In this document: positions 24,941-37,725 of the stretch, one piece after another
Position numbering within the stretch: position 1 is the stretch's first letter
How the letters are laid out: each line of letters opens with the position of its first letter
Source of the DNA: Psammoneis japonica
Taxonomy: Eukaryota
Assembly: GCA_008632985.1 (NCBI GenBank)
Contig: QPGO01000106.1
Span: 1-64,000 of the forward strand
DNA: 64,000 nt
Reading direction: 5' to 3'
Position numbers and translations under genes: made by a program
The notes under the pieces: generated by a model
Seen by the model: the letters and a program-made list of their open reading frames with translations, nothing else
The model's database searches: none
Told to the model about the DNA's origin: nothing

Positions 24941-25938
24941 CAGTGGTGCCACCACGTCTGTTGACACCCAGTGGTTGGGCAATGCAACAGAGTCTTGGTG
25001 GCTCCGAGCCGTGTTGAACAGTGCTGATGATGTGATCATGACTTTAATGGTGTGTGATGTGTGCTGACTGAGCACTGGTGCTGTGCTCAGTGCTCATTTT
25101 GCGCGCAGCACCAGTGCTCATTTTCTTCACGCATCAATGGACGGACCAAGTTTTGCACGATTCGCATCTCTTGCAGTCCTGAGTTGCAAAAGTTGGCTGC
25201 TTCCTTCTGAAAAACAGGGAGTTGCCTCAAATCTGTTGAATCTCGAACAATGAACATCACATCAGTGAATGCACAAAAATGTGTTGTCTGCAACATGCAT
25301 CATGCACGTGTTGAAAATGTGCACAGATGTTTGTCAGGCCAGTTGTCAACGTTCATGCACGAATGACACATGGTGATTCTGTTCGTGTGAGCACACGCAG
25401 TCAACATTGTTGATTAAAAAGAGTCATTTTTGCCAAAAAATTGGCGACAGTTTCAACAAGTCGGAAAAAGTTTCAACAGATTTTTTGTTGAAACTGTCTG
25501 ACGTCACCACAGTGTCATCGTAGAAAATGCCAAAGAAGACGCTGTCACCGCTTTTTGGACCACAAGGACTGCCAAAGCTTGGCACATCGGGACCTGCCTG
25601 CAGCAGAAGCTAAGAGCAAAAAATGAGACTGCTGCAAACTCTGAAACCACTAAATTGACCATCAACTGAGCCATTTTCAATCCGCTCTTGGCAACAGTGG
25701 CAAGACAATCATCACTCCAGCTGTTGTGACTGCCCTTCACTGCCATGTTGCCCAACTCTAGAGCTGACACACGCTGCTGGCACAACATCAACGCAAGCAA
25801 AAAGCAAGGCCAGTGAGGTGAAATCTGTGGCAACATGTGACAGCTCGTGCAAATCCAGCACAAGTGACTGGGTCCCACGAACGTTTAAGAAACCACATGG
25901 GCACAAAAAACGCGCAAGACTCCTCTGCCTTCATTTGA

Positions 25939-26630
25939 TTGTTGCTTTCCCACATCTTGCCGAGTGCTGTTTTGAAAACATCATCCACTGACATGCTCCA
26001 CAGGGGTCTGGCTCTCTGTGGCACCAACTCTTGTCACCAGAAACAGTCTGGAAAGGATCGTTGCGTCCGCCGATTCAAAAAGCTGCTTGGATCCACTCCC
26101 AGAGTTTTCAAGCATGTGTTTCACAATCCCCAAATGACTGAGATTGACAAAGCTCATGTCGCTCCTGATGACATCTGCTTGGATTGTTTCTTGATGGCGC
26201 TTCTTAACTTCTTGAAACTCTGCAAGACGGAGGAGGTCTGATCGGCCATTTTTGCTGTCTGTGAGAACCCGGCAGGCAAGTGGGTTTGGTTTTCCATTAA
26301 AAAGACACAAGCACTCAAGAAACAAAAAATTGTGTGGCCAGAAGAGGAGTCAGTTGAGCCGCTCCTGACGCACCTGTTCCTCATTTCGGTCGACGTTGTC
26401 CACTGCCTGGTGAACGGACCACAGCACCCATTCGTTGCATGGCAAAAACAAGAAACAACATTGCTCCCACAAAGCCAATCAAGCCGGCTTGACCTGCTGC
26501 ACAAACTTGCCCTCTCAATCCATGAGAACCGCCTTGTGTGGATGAGAGGGCCAGCCAACCGGCCAAGGCCTTGCTCCAAGCACGACATTTTGATGTTCCG
26601 TGAGAAGCTCAACATCATGTGGCCCAATGT
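25939..26630 (+). mobile_element. PIF/Harbinger-ISL2EU-like DDE transposase pseudogene
   Basis: RRFK..G, FLMAL.FLK, KIVWP, FLISVDVVHC..P.HP, SHK, LALSIHENRLVWMRGP, HDILMFR across broken frames. Confidence 0.7.
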
Positions 26631-26639
26631 AGAGTCTGA

Positions 26640-26790
26640 AAGTTCCAACAGTTTGTGTGAATTTTTGTTGAAAGCATTTTTGTTGAAACTCAAACTTTCA
26701 ACAACAAAACTGTTGAAACTTTGAAGTTTCAACAACTCGAACAAAGTTTCAACAGTTTTTTGTTGAAACTTCCAAGTTTCAACAGATTTT
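26640..26790. repeat. Array of AGTTTCAACA/TGTTGAAACT motifs (second cluster at 25449-25495)
   Basis: About 9 motif copies in alternating orientation here and 3 in the left cluster, flanking the transposase remnant. Confidence 0.8.
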
Positions 26791-28759
26791 TGACGTCCAT
26801 TGAGTTTTTTAATCTTGTGTGTCTGTGCCTGCATGGATGCAAAACGCAAAGGGCAATGAAAAATTTCACAGCGGATCTACAACGGACGTCGCATGATTGG
26901 AAATGTCTGTCCCTGCTTGGCTGTTTTACGCACGATCAGGTGTTGCATGCAAGCGTGCGAGCGACTTCCGACAACGTGCTTTCAACAGATTTGAGGTGAC
27001 TCCCAGTGTGACACTCCTGCGCACGCGCTGTGACACACCAATTTCAAATTCTGGATGACCAATTGCCCCGGTGTTGTCACTTGCAATGGGCCGAATGTCT
27101 TTGCTGCGTCACGTGCAGTGCAGCTTGCCACATTTTGCACCAGCAAATTTGAGATTTGAGAACACGCGATGGATTTCTTTTGACGCAAATCAAAAGTCTT
27201 GTCATTGTCACAAAGACAGGAAGCACTGCCATGTTGCGTGTTTCGATGGTTGCTGTCCTGCATGTCATGTTGCATGCTTGTCCAAAGAGCACCTCAAGCT
27301 TTTCACACCAAACTCCACAACAAGGGCATCACAGCAGTCGTTTGTCCAATTTGTGGTTTGCAATGTGAGCCATCATCATCGCCCATCACATGGACAAGTC
27401 GATGAGGCATGTTGTCAAGCATTGCATCCGCAGCTGTTGGGTTGTCAATTGTTGAGCATCATTGGGGGGGTTGGCCAGTCAGAGTGTCTGCTGGTGGTGA
27501 AATTTGTTTCCGTGTGGACGATGCACAAATGCAACAAAGGACAGCCGCTCCAATCAATTTGAGCATGGATTTGGAATGAGCTTGATGAGCTGGTTCCAGA
27601 TCCAATTGCTGCAATGGTTTGGAGCTCCCGTCCATTGCACTTCTGGTTTCATGCACTGTCCCATGACAAAGCACACCACGTGCTGCATCATGCAGCCAAG
27701 CTGCATTGACACTGCCATGGAGTCAAAATGAGCAAAATGTCATGATTGCTGCTGTTGCTTTGACAGGGAAGCAAAAAAATTCCAAACAAGGTGCGCCAGC
27801 AATTGTTTGCAGCGTCCAATGACTGTGTTTGCTGCACAAATTGCTGCAGCTCTTCTTCTCTCTTTGAAAAAATGCTCCATTGTTCCTTTTCTGTGTCACA
27901 CACGGTGCATTGTTGACGCTGGAAATCAGAATGTCATTTTCTGCATCTGCCATGGGAAACTGGCAGAAACAAAAATGACGCCACACGTGTGCATTCCTTG
28001 GACACCAACAATTGCATCTGCATCAGAAATCAACCCAGCAAATGCAGACTTGTTGGCACAGCTGTTGTGAGAGCCCTGCAGAAAAAAGTCAGCAAACACA
28101 CTGCTTGTTGGCATGTCCAAATGTAGCACAATGGTCAATGGTGCTAAGAAATCCAGCACAGCCATCAAAATGAGCACTGTTTTACAGTGGTGTGACTGCA
28201 CTCTCATCTTGATCGATGTTGCGGCCATCGATCTACAAACGAACAAGTCCCATGGTGGGAGATGCGGTGTTTTTTGTTGTTCTGAAGCGCTGCATGGGAT
28301 GCAACTTCAAAATGCCATGTCATGTGCCGTGATGACACTCAGGTGACATGTCACACATGGGGTGAACCTCAAGCAACCAGGAGGTGGTGGCTGTCCAACC
28401 CGCCCAAAGCAACCCGGATGTGGGATTCTCAATTTGCCAAAATCAGGTGACTTTGCTGCATCCAACCAGCCATCCACCCGGGGTCAATGCTGCTGCTGCT
28501 GCTGCTGCTGCTGCTGAAGAAGAAGAAGAAGCCAACAAGCCATGGATGGCTCCCACGGGAGCAGCCTTTGCCAAGACACAAGAACAATTGGCCAAGGAAG
28601 CAAGCCAAGCATCTCAACTTGTGACTCGGGGGAAATGCAAGACACAAGTGCAATCAAGATGGCATCACAGTGGTCCACAATGCCATCAGTCAGCAACAGA
28701 TCCAAGCACTGGGAGAGGGATGCAAACAAGCTCAAGACGAGGCGGGTCCACATGGTGAG

Positions 28760-29408
28760 CATTCACAAAAACCAATGGATGGTGGCATTTTTTTGTCAAT
28801 TTGGAGTTGACACAATCACTGCCAGTCTTTTCTCTTTTTTCTCAATTTGGACCATGTGCACAGCCATTGCCGGGGCCGTCATGGGGAGCTCACAGAGGTG
28901 TGGCACCTTTGCAATCAACTCTTCAACAAGGAAACCGGTGTCTCCACAAGAACTCCATGGCACCAAGATGGAGAACATTGGAGAGTGCAAGGACAGAGCA
29001 AGTGGATTTGGTGTTTGCATCATTGGATGCAGCAGAGTTGGGCAATGGACTCAATTTTGTTGCAGGAAGCCATGTTGATTGCAAGCTCCACAGTCCTCAA
29101 CACCTTGTGCTGGTGCCTCACTTCCTCCAATGCTGGATGTTGACAAAATGGCAAAAGAAAACAAAATTCAGCTCAAAGTGGGGAGCTTGGAGCCGGGTGA
29201 TGTGTTGGATTTCTTGTCAAGAACCATTCATGGTGGACCTGGCAATTGGGGTTGTGCTCTCAGCACGAGATGGTCGGGAGATGATTCCACATTTTGGGCA
29301 AGACCTGGTGAGGGTGCAGTGCCGATGGGGGATGGGAGCCTTGCCGATGGAGAGCTGTTGGCTCACAATGGCACTGCCTTTCCACAGGTTTGGTCCGCCG
29401 CTGCATGA
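28760..29408 (+). pseudogene. Phytanoyl-CoA dioxygenase (PhyH)-family pseudogene
   Basis: QLFNKE..TPWHQDGEHW, LEPGDVL..IHGGPGN..ALSTRW.GDD, FPQVW in shifted frames. Confidence 0.75.
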
Positions 29409-30199
29409 AACACACAAGAATGAGACAATGGTGTTGCGTTGCATTGCACGGCACTTCCATTGTGCTTTCCATGCAAAATCTCTGCAGAATCTGCACTGCA
29501 CAAATGTGGCATTTTGTCCTTTTGTGCATCTGGCCAACATCACAGGGCAATGGCATCTGCGCAGTTGGTGTCAACTTCAAGCTTGCAAAGAGGTGATGAA
29601 GAACATGGCAAATGTTGCACTCTTGACTGCAGTGCCAGAATTCTTGCAAAGGATCCTCCTGGATGTGTTTGCCATGGCTTTGATGAAAGGTGCACTTGCA
29701 CTGATCCATTGAGTTTTAGAATTTTTTTTTAACATTTTTGAACTCTCCAAATTTATGGCCTGTCATTTCTTCTGTTGATGCTGTGAGTTTTAAAGATGTT
29801 TTTGCCACTGTGCATGCCAAATGTCACTCCGACAAAACCTTGCACAGCATTTTTGAGTTTGTTTGAAATGTTGTTAGAATTTGTCAATGATTTTGTTTCA
29901 ACACAAGGTCCTTGTTTCCATTTTGCTCCAGTCATTTTTTAATGAGAACAAGGGCCAAAAAGCCAACCAGACTCTCGCGTTGCATCAGGGAGAGATTGAA
30001 GATGCAGGTTTTGCAAAAAGCCAGCAGGTGTCCAGTGATGCAGAGTTGATGGTTGAGAAGTGTCGCAGTTGCAAAAGCCTTGTCATTCCTGGCATGGGAG
30101 CTTTGGACAAGCAAGAGGCTGTTCCAGCCTCAACGACCATGCTGTTGGTGTTGGGACCACTTTCTGAATGGCTTTGTCTAATGAGTGGCATCCTCAAAG

Positions 30200-30860
30200 A
30201 ATGGGGATGAAATCATTCCATCCTTGTGGCCGGGACAACCAGCTCATCTGACACTGATTGTTGCCTTGGAAAGTGGCTTGTTTGGGGCACTAAACGGAGA
30301 AAAACTTTCAAAGAATGAGTTGGGAGCAAAACTCAAACCACCACTGCCAGGAGACAGCCATGCTGTTGAAGCCTTTGCGCTGGTTCTCTTGTCTCTTGGG
30401 CTGCTTGACATGGTCGAATGGGGAAGAGCTTCGTTGGCTGAGCCCACAAAGTTGGTCCTTCTCAAATTCAAATGCTTTTGGGGACCTCAATTGTTGGCCG
30501 CAGATGGGTTGACAGCATCTTTGTGGCGTGCAATCAAGCTTGAGTCTCTTGGTTCACCTCCATCTGCAAAAACTGCATTTCACAGGAACACTCAGATGTC
30601 TTCACCAAGTCCTTCATTCAATCCATGCAAGCTCACTCTGGAACAATGGCAGAGATGGTGCTGGTGTTGCCCTTGAAGATGTTGTTCGTCCTGCAAAAGT
30701 CCCAGTCCTGCCCACCACATTCTCAACATGGGCCAGTGGTTCTGGTTGTTTCTCAAAAGCACTTGCACGGAACATGCCAAACCTTCACGTCACACCACCC
30801 GATTTGCTGTCCATTGTTGCATTGTGGCAACGTGAGAATGGTGGCGTGTTGGCTCAATGG
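30200..30860 (+). pseudogene. O-methyltransferase pseudogene
   Basis: VALESGLFGAL..ELGAKL..LSLGLL dimerisation segment; SGSGCFSKALARNMPNL..DL SAM-binding motif. Confidence 0.6.
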
Positions 30861-30899
30861 GGCAGACAACAGAGACGTCACACTCTCTGCCACTGCAGA

Positions 30900-32895
30900 T
30901 GTGGGTGGGGACGCCGCAGAAATCACGCAGGTGCTGTTTTTTTAGAAAAATCAACCTCGCCACCCAAACAGACCATGGCGGTCGTCAACCACCTCACACA
31001 AAAAAAGTGTCATCACCACGATTCATGAGACTCAACGTGCGGTCACAACACGCAAGGCCATCCTTCCAACTCCAGCCACAATGTCACAGCCATGCGACCA
31101 CCAAGTCAACCTGCCGTTTCTCACCAAATCACTCTCGTGCCCTCAGGATCATTGCAAAAAGTTGTGCTTTCGACACCATCGTGTCCGCCGTGATCAAATT
31201 GGGCGGGGTGCACCGAAGTGCAACTTTTGGCGGCAGTTTCATCAAGTGGTTTTGAAATGTCTGCCAATGTCAACATCTCTCGTTTGAACAACATGTCGTC
31301 ATCAAAATGGCACGTTCGAGGCAGAACTGAGCCACCTGACAGCAACAAAGTCAAAAGATGGCCTGTCGGCACACACTCAAGTTGGACATCTGCTCACTGC
31401 ATTGCAAAAGGGACATTTTGGCAATGTCAGGAAGGGCACGTGCGGGACCATGGGATTTCCCGTGTCGGATCTACGAAGCACTCAGAAAATTGTTTTAAGA
31501 TCCATTGCTTCAATCATGGACACACAGAAGATTGCAAAACAAATCGTTGACAGGAGGAAGTCACTGTCTCAAGAATGCCAAGATGCGTTACGATCGGGCA
31601 TGACATGGAGAACAGATGGATAAAACTCTTCAGATTCAAACGAACAACAATGACAAGAAACGCAAGCGAACCCACTTTCATTCCAGAATTTCAACAAAGG
31701 TGAGACTCCGACAATGTGGGCATTCTCCATGTGGAGTTGTGTTGAAAATTGAAATGAACATCGCCTTTCATCACTGATTTGCCTCACTTTTTTTAAAGTC
31801 ATGTCCGACAGTCAAATGCCAGAAACTGATTTTGTCTTGTCATGGCATGGCTTTGTGATGCCAAAAGGCATGTTTGATTTTCTGTGTTTCTTGCGGAGAC
31901 GCATCGCTTCTGTGACGACACCAAAGCAACCCCTTCTTTTCTTTTTTTTCTGCTGCAAGCACTTTGACGACAATTGCGTCGTGACGGAGGCAACGACAAT
32001 GAAATGACTCATGGCTTGCAAACACAAGATGAATCAGAGAATGTGGATGTTGACAAACCTTTGGAAGAGGACTCAAGGATGACCGAGCAGAAGGATGCAA
32101 ATGTGAGAACGGAGGAGACAACGAGTGAGCGTGACCTTGTGAGAGAGGGGCGAATTGAATTGCTGCTCCAAGGGTGACGGGGAATTCCAAACATGGAACA
32201 GACACACAGAAAGAACAAAAAAGGCAGAGTTCATTGTGCTTGAAATTGTGACCTTAGAAGCAGTTTCACTGTGAAACAAGCGAGTGTTTGCTTGGCCAAT
32301 TTTCATTTTTTATGCGGTGAAGTGCGGCAAAATCTAGAAAGATGCTGCTTCATGTTCTCTGCAACTAGAGAGTCAGGCGACACAGCAGACACATCACTGG
32401 AGACTTGAGAGCCTCTACTTTCAACATTGGCCACCATTGGCATCACAAAGGCTGCCAGAACATTCCAAAAGGTGTGCACTTGTTCGGTTGATTTTTACAC
32501 GGTGAAGTGCGGCAAACGCGACAAAAGCACCATTTCAGGTTCTCTCCAACTACGGAGTCAGGTGACTTGGCAGATGCATTTTTAGAGACGCAAGAGCCTC
32601 TGCTGTTGATGTTGGCCAGCATTGGCATGATGAAAGCTGCAGCAACATTCCAAAACTGCAAACAAGTGACGGCAGGATTTTCGAAAAATCAAAATGTTTT
32701 CAGTCGTGATCACACGGCAAAGTGCGGGAAAATGGCGGTCACTTCATCGCCATCACTGTCGACAAAAACAAGGCCAATGAAAAAGTTGCCCCCCCATTCC
32801 AAGCACCTCTGAACACCCTCTGTCGACTGAGGCAACTCTCGTTTCGATCCAAGAAAATTTGTCTCTGCGTGATTTGTGCGGCGTCCCCACCCACA
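30900..32895. mobile_element. ~2.0-kb non-autonomous TIR element
   Basis: 31-bp TIR TGTGGGTGGGGACGCCGCA(G/C)AAATCACGCAG at 30900-30930 and 32865-32895 (1 mismatch); internal ~185-bp diverged tandem repeat (32315, 32500); no perfect TSD seen. Confidence 0.8.
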
Positions 32896-33208
32896 GCAGC
32901 AGAGGGCTGCTTGGGGAGTGGGCAGGAGGGCTGTGGACTGTGGAATGACACAGCAGGGCCCTGCCGCCAAATGCTCTCTACTAGAGGCAGGGTGAGGATG
33001 CGGGAAGCAAAAACTTCCTTCTTGTTGTTGTCTCGTCGCGTCGCTGTCTTACAATTATGATGCTGATTCCCACGCCACGTAAAATTCTACGAAGAAAGCG
33101 ATGGCGGGAAAAGATAAATGAACATGACGTCATCTCTTCTAAAAGACAATAACATCCTTTTTTGGTTGCATCGTTTGCAGTGGCCATGACGACGAAGGCC
33201 GCAAGACG

Positions 33209-34312
33209 ATGGCAGCTACTCCTTCCCCGCTGTCAGGACGATGGAGACTGTCGTTACGCAAACTGCTACCACTCCTACTCCTTGTGTTGGTGCTGCTGAA
33301 TTTCAATTATTGGAATCACTACCCCACTTGGACCAGCCTCTTCGAGTACGACGACGAAAATTACTACAATTTTCGTCTGTGCTTTGGAGAAAGATATGGT
33401 TGTTCCAGCTCTTTTCCACAGCCCATTCAAATGTGCAATCTGTCGGCTTTACATTTCCAGAATAACAAAATGCACAAGACGTCCTTTCCACTCATGTTTA
33501 CCAGCACGGCTCTTCATCATCCGGTTGCCTATGGACCCTTTCTCACCAAATGTGGAAGTTCGTCAACAATCGGTATACTAAAGTATTTGGCGAATGAAAC
33601 GACTCCTCTCAATACTCCCAACAGCTACAATAACAACATGACGTTTATTTCACAAAACTTTGTGGACCATTACAAGTTCTTGTCCTTTGTACGTCATCCA
33701 CTCGAACGAGCCTTGGCGGGGTATTCGCAGATTGAAATCTTTTTGCGATTGGGTTGGATCAATCCGTTAATTGCCGACTTTGACTTGAAATGGTGGAATA
33801 CATCCTGTATCGATTCAGCCTTTGGACGACCCGATAATCACGACTATCCATGTACAGGATCGGCACCGTCACGAACGAACGAGGCAAAATTGAAACGACT
33901 GCATGCCTTTCTCGTGGATTTGGAAACGGCTGGTTTTTACGATCAACACATTACGCCACAAACCTATCTACTCGTGACCAATCCTATTTATCAACTGCAA
34001 GAGCAATATCCACAGAATCAATCCATCTTTTACTTTTATCTCGAACACATGGATCAAGTTCATCGAGCGCTCTGTCGCGTCTTTGACAAGCCCGTGGTGC
34101 ATGCTCACTTGAAGAACCGAAAAAATCTTCAAGTGGACGACAAGAATGAAGATCCCAAGGGACATTATTGGCAAGTCAAATGGGACGAACTAAAAAGTTG
34201 GTCCAGTGAAAATGTTACGTTGGCACAAGACATTATCGATAAGCTATGTAGCTTGTATCGACACGATGTTGAATGCTTACCCTATGAGGTTCCCGAGTGC
34301 AAATACGATTGA
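33209..34312 (+). CDS. Type II membrane sulfotransferase (Sulfotransfer_2-like), 367 aa
   Basis: N-terminal TM; TKCGSSS (5'PSB), SFVRHPLERALAGY (3'PB), DQHITPQ, LYRHD. Confidence 0.8.
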   Translation: MAATPSPLSGRWRLSLRKLLPLLLLVLVLLNFNYWNHYPTWTSLFEYDDENYYNFRLCFGERYGCSSSFPQPIQMCNLSALHFQNNKMHKTSFPLMFTSTALHHPVAYGPFLTKCGSSSTIGILKYLANETTPLNTPNSYNNNMTFISQNFVDHYKFLSFVRHPLERALAGYSQIEIFLRLGWINPLIADFDLKWWNTSCIDSAFGRPDNHDYPCTGSAPSRTNEAKLKRLHAFLVDLETAGFYDQHITPQTYLLVTNPIYQLQEQYPQNQSIFYFYLEHMDQVHRALCRVFDKPVVHAHLKNRKNLQVDDKNEDPKGHYWQVKWDELKSWSSENVTLAQDIIDKLCSLYRHDVECLPYEVPECKYD

Positions 34313-35008
34313 ATATGTTGTGGTATTGCACCTCTGCTGTAGTGACTGTTCGAAAAAGCTGTGTGTCCTGATTCTCCTAATCTGGAACGCATCTTGGAAA
34401 GAGTCTCGATGATTGCTTTGAGTAAACAACACAAGCCAGACTCAGTTTTTCCACCCACTTCTGTAATGATGGAAATCACGGATATATGGTGTACTATTCA
34501 AAAGCGAGGAAACGCCCCATTTGTGGATCGACGGACTGTATTATGTCTAATGTACCATCGATAGTCTCGAGAGTTGGGACATACGAAATGTATGTAATGT
34601 TGGATACGTGACTCGTGGATATCGCCCAGGAGACGATCGCCGTGGCAGAAAGGGCCTCGGGAGCCAAGATTGTTAATTTGACTCTAGTTATTGACAATGC
34701 CCTGTCCTGAAAGCAACACCAGTAGCGGTGCCAGTCGTAGTATAGTACTATAGTGTCGTTGGGATGCTGCGGCTCTCGACCGCTGCTCTGTTGGTTCCCC
34801 CTCGTTTCTTCAGAGGCATGTTAGAAGAGTCTCTAACAGTTGGTAGCTTTACGTGTTTAGAGGCTATACGTATTACCCGTCGCCTATGTAAGGTTGTTGT
34901 AGGAGCTATTCGACTGATCGGGGTGCTTGACCTTGATCTAAACAAGCTAGCAACGGCCTGCATAATAAATATGTATACTCAGTTTTGAATCGACAGAATA
35001 CTTGCAAA

Positions 35009-36133
35009 CTACTCTCTCTTGCGCTTTTTGTTTGATTCTTTCGTTTCCAGTTGTGGTTCGATATCAAAGAAACAAAGAAGTTCCTCGTCACCAAAGGCCG
35101 AGGGGTCAATGTTCCACGGACCAGCACTTGAAGATTTCCGAAAGGCGCGTGCCAGACCCCGCCTTTCCAGACGGCCCATGATGACCTCATTCGATTCGTG
35201 TTGTTCTCTTCCACCACGCACAACAGAAAAGGCCTTTCGAGTCAAATGCCGATGTTGTCGAAAGGGAAACTTGTTTGCTGCCATTGAATGAGGTCTCTGC
35301 ACAGTCTTTCCGCTACCGTAAAGGTGGGCACGAGATCCCTTGCAGAAGTCGTACACAATGGCATCGAGGGCGGTAAAGCCCGTTTGATGCCCCTCAGGAT
35401 CGTCATTGGCGGACTTCAGTTCTCCACGTCGCAAGCGCTCCAGGTGATGATTGACTTTTCCCAGGTATTCTAGAAAGAAGTCTCGAGAAACGGCTCCAAC
35501 AAACCAACCCGCGCACCTGCCCCCTCGTGGAATTCCGTGGTAGGAGCCCTGATCAATCAGAATCCAACCCAGCACACCTGTCTGGCACTTTGCAGTCAAG
35601 ACTTCCACTTGCTCGTCTTTGGATCGAGTCCACTGTGGGAAATCCTTGTGAACTGTCAATTTCTCCGGTGTCTTCTTGGAGTCGGTCGTCAGGTCCGCGT
35701 CACGGTAATTTCCCCCTGTCGGGTAACAGTCGACAGTCATTCCCATAAGCTTCCTTGAGAATCCTACTTGCGATGGGATTACGAATCAGGGAGCTCATAG
35801 CCACCCGGTTGCCGTGCAAGTCGTCAATCATTCCTGCGTTTTCCGAATGCGGGCGACCGGCCGTTCCGGTTTGAAACCCGTTCTCTTCTGTAATGTAAGA
35901 TTCAGAACCTTTCAAAGGAAAGGGAAAGTTTACAGGCAGCTTTGTTGTGCACATGACTGCACCGTTATAGGCCACGTTTCGAGTGGCTTCTTCAGCGCCT
36001 TCTTGGCACATGAAGAGGAGCACGGCTGGTCGCCCACCTCGTATATTTGTGGCCTCGATGGATGCAATGAACTCTTCTACTGTCACCGGTTCGAGAACAC
36101 GGGGAAGTTTCTTTGCTTTTGCGTGTCGCTCAT
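35009..36133 (-). CDS. Hypothetical protein split by apparent frameshifts
   Basis: ORFs 35700-36086 and 35009-35746 overlap at a G5 run; normal composition; no recognised domain. Confidence 0.4.
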
Positions 36134-36666
36134 TATGGGAGACAAGACTTTGTGGTTTGGATCAGAGCAATGATGGGAACAACAAATGGCAAGCCACAAC
36201 ACGACGACGCTTCTTTGTTCCGAGCGGTGCCTATTATCTCAGTCGTGCGTGCGGCAAATCTTCAAGGTCCGACTTGCTCGACTCGATCGAAGAACATCGT
36301 GCAAAACTCAACACTCAACTGGCTTAATTTTGCTGCTCCATGTCACACAGGTGGCCAGCCAGTTACTGTAGCTGCTCTGGGGGTGAATGAACCTGTCCAG
36401 CTTAGAGTAGCACAGTCATCAGCCAGCCGTCTGTCAGGACCTCATGGTCAGGGGATGATGCCGTCCTCGGCCTCCCTCGGCTTTCGATGTACTCTAAGAA
36501 TAGCTACTCTCTCTAGAGTAGCGGCAATCAATCTACCGCGTACTACGAGTATTTGAGAATGGCCCTAGTAGAGAGAGCTAAGATGGCCTTATCCACTCCT
36601 CTAGAGCTCTAGAGTAGTACTTACAGAGCGTGAAGTTAGTCGAAGCGCATATTAAAAATACAATGA

Positions 36667-37725
36667 CTATGGTAAACCTCCTTCACTTTCCTTTGTACCC
36701 GCCACAGAGGAGCAGTTCGAGATGACAAATTTCGGAAACGGTCGTTGTTCCATTGGTGGTCCCGGGCGCTCATGCAGCAATTCGAAGAGAGCGTCGTTTT
36801 CGGCAGACAAGACGTTTAAAATCTTCTCTTGCTCCTTGCAAGGAGGTAACGCTACCTTTTCCTTGCTGTTGTGTTGGTTTGCATGCCGAAGCTGTAGGTC
36901 TTGCATTCCCTCGTTGAGTCCAAAGAATTCACGTAATCGTGTCAACAGCTTATTTGGGTTGTCCTTGAGCTCGTCATAGCTCAGAACAAGAATCTGGCCA
37001 CGGTCAAACGCTGCCATCCACCTGCGCAAATTGTGCGCATATAGAGATACTGACGTTTCAGACTTGATCTCCGCCATGGTGACTTTGCTCACATATTCCG
37101 AGAAATCCATAATTGATCCATCATCTTTGATCACGAGCCGCCACCAACCATCAGCACCCCTCGTTCGAGCAAGGTCAGCCATATGATTGTAGATGGATAA
37201 CTCACGGGCGGCAGGATCCCGAACAGTGACTACGATCTTGAGATTTTTCGCATGCATGCCGCCAGCGTCATCATATATTTTCCGAACTCGATCAGGAAAC
37301 AGATAGTTACTTGGGGTTGCATCCAGCACCAGGGAACTCTGATTACAGCTGGAGTACAGAGAATGATAGGCGCTAACGCCCTGTTGATATCTTTCCGGGT
37401 GATCAAAGAAATGCACTTCTTTTGTATACTCTGGGGGGCTTCCAGCACCGCACACACCGTCGTGGCGAAAAATCCACTTCGCCAGTGACGTGGATCCACT
37501 TTTCTGCGTCCCAATCAAGAGTATGTTTGGTAACGTCACATTCTTGGACTCTCTGTCAACATGCGCACCAACATGACCGGGCGAGACGGCATCCTTCTTG
37601 ACCACTCCAGCTGGCTTTTCGACAACGCCTCTGAAGTTACGACGACACAATATCACCAATGTGGCAACAAAGAGAAGCAACCCCGGTCTCCAGAGGCGTC
37701 CGAAATACTCATACATGTTCGCCAT
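36667..37725 (-). CDS. Heparan-sulfate 3-O-sulfotransferase-like protein, ~352 aa
   Basis: LPNILLIGTQKSGSTSL, KEVHFFD, DATPSNY, VRDPAARELSIY; N-terminal TM. Confidence 0.85.
   Translation of the reverse strand: MANMYEYFGRLWRPGLLLFVATLVILCRRNFRGVVEKPAGVVKKDAVSPGHVGAHVDRESKNVTLPNILLIGTQKSGSTSLAKWIFRHDGVCGAGSPPEYTKEVHFFDHPERYQQGVSAYHSLYSSCNQSSLVLDATPSNYLFPDRVRKIYDDAGGMHAKNLKIVVTVRDPAARELSIYNHMADLARTRGADGWWRLVIKDDGSIMDFSEYVSKVTMAEIKSETSVSLYAHNLRRWMAAFDRGQILVLSYDELKDNPNKLLTRLREFFGLNEGMQDLQLRHANQHNSKEKVALPPCKEQEKILNVLSAENDALFELLHERPGPPMEQRPFPKFVISNCSSVAGTKESEGGLP

Noticed and set aside
22028..25182. Possible short TIR pair TCAGGATTGC / GCAGTCCTGA around the RusA region
   Set aside because: Only 9/10 bp match and no TSD; could be chance
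22030..32980. Dozens of overlapping Cys/His/Trp-rich ORFs in all six frames here and in the other islands
   Set aside because: By-product of TAA/TAG loss and TG/CA excess; they lack Tyr and coherent domains, so they are not called as genes
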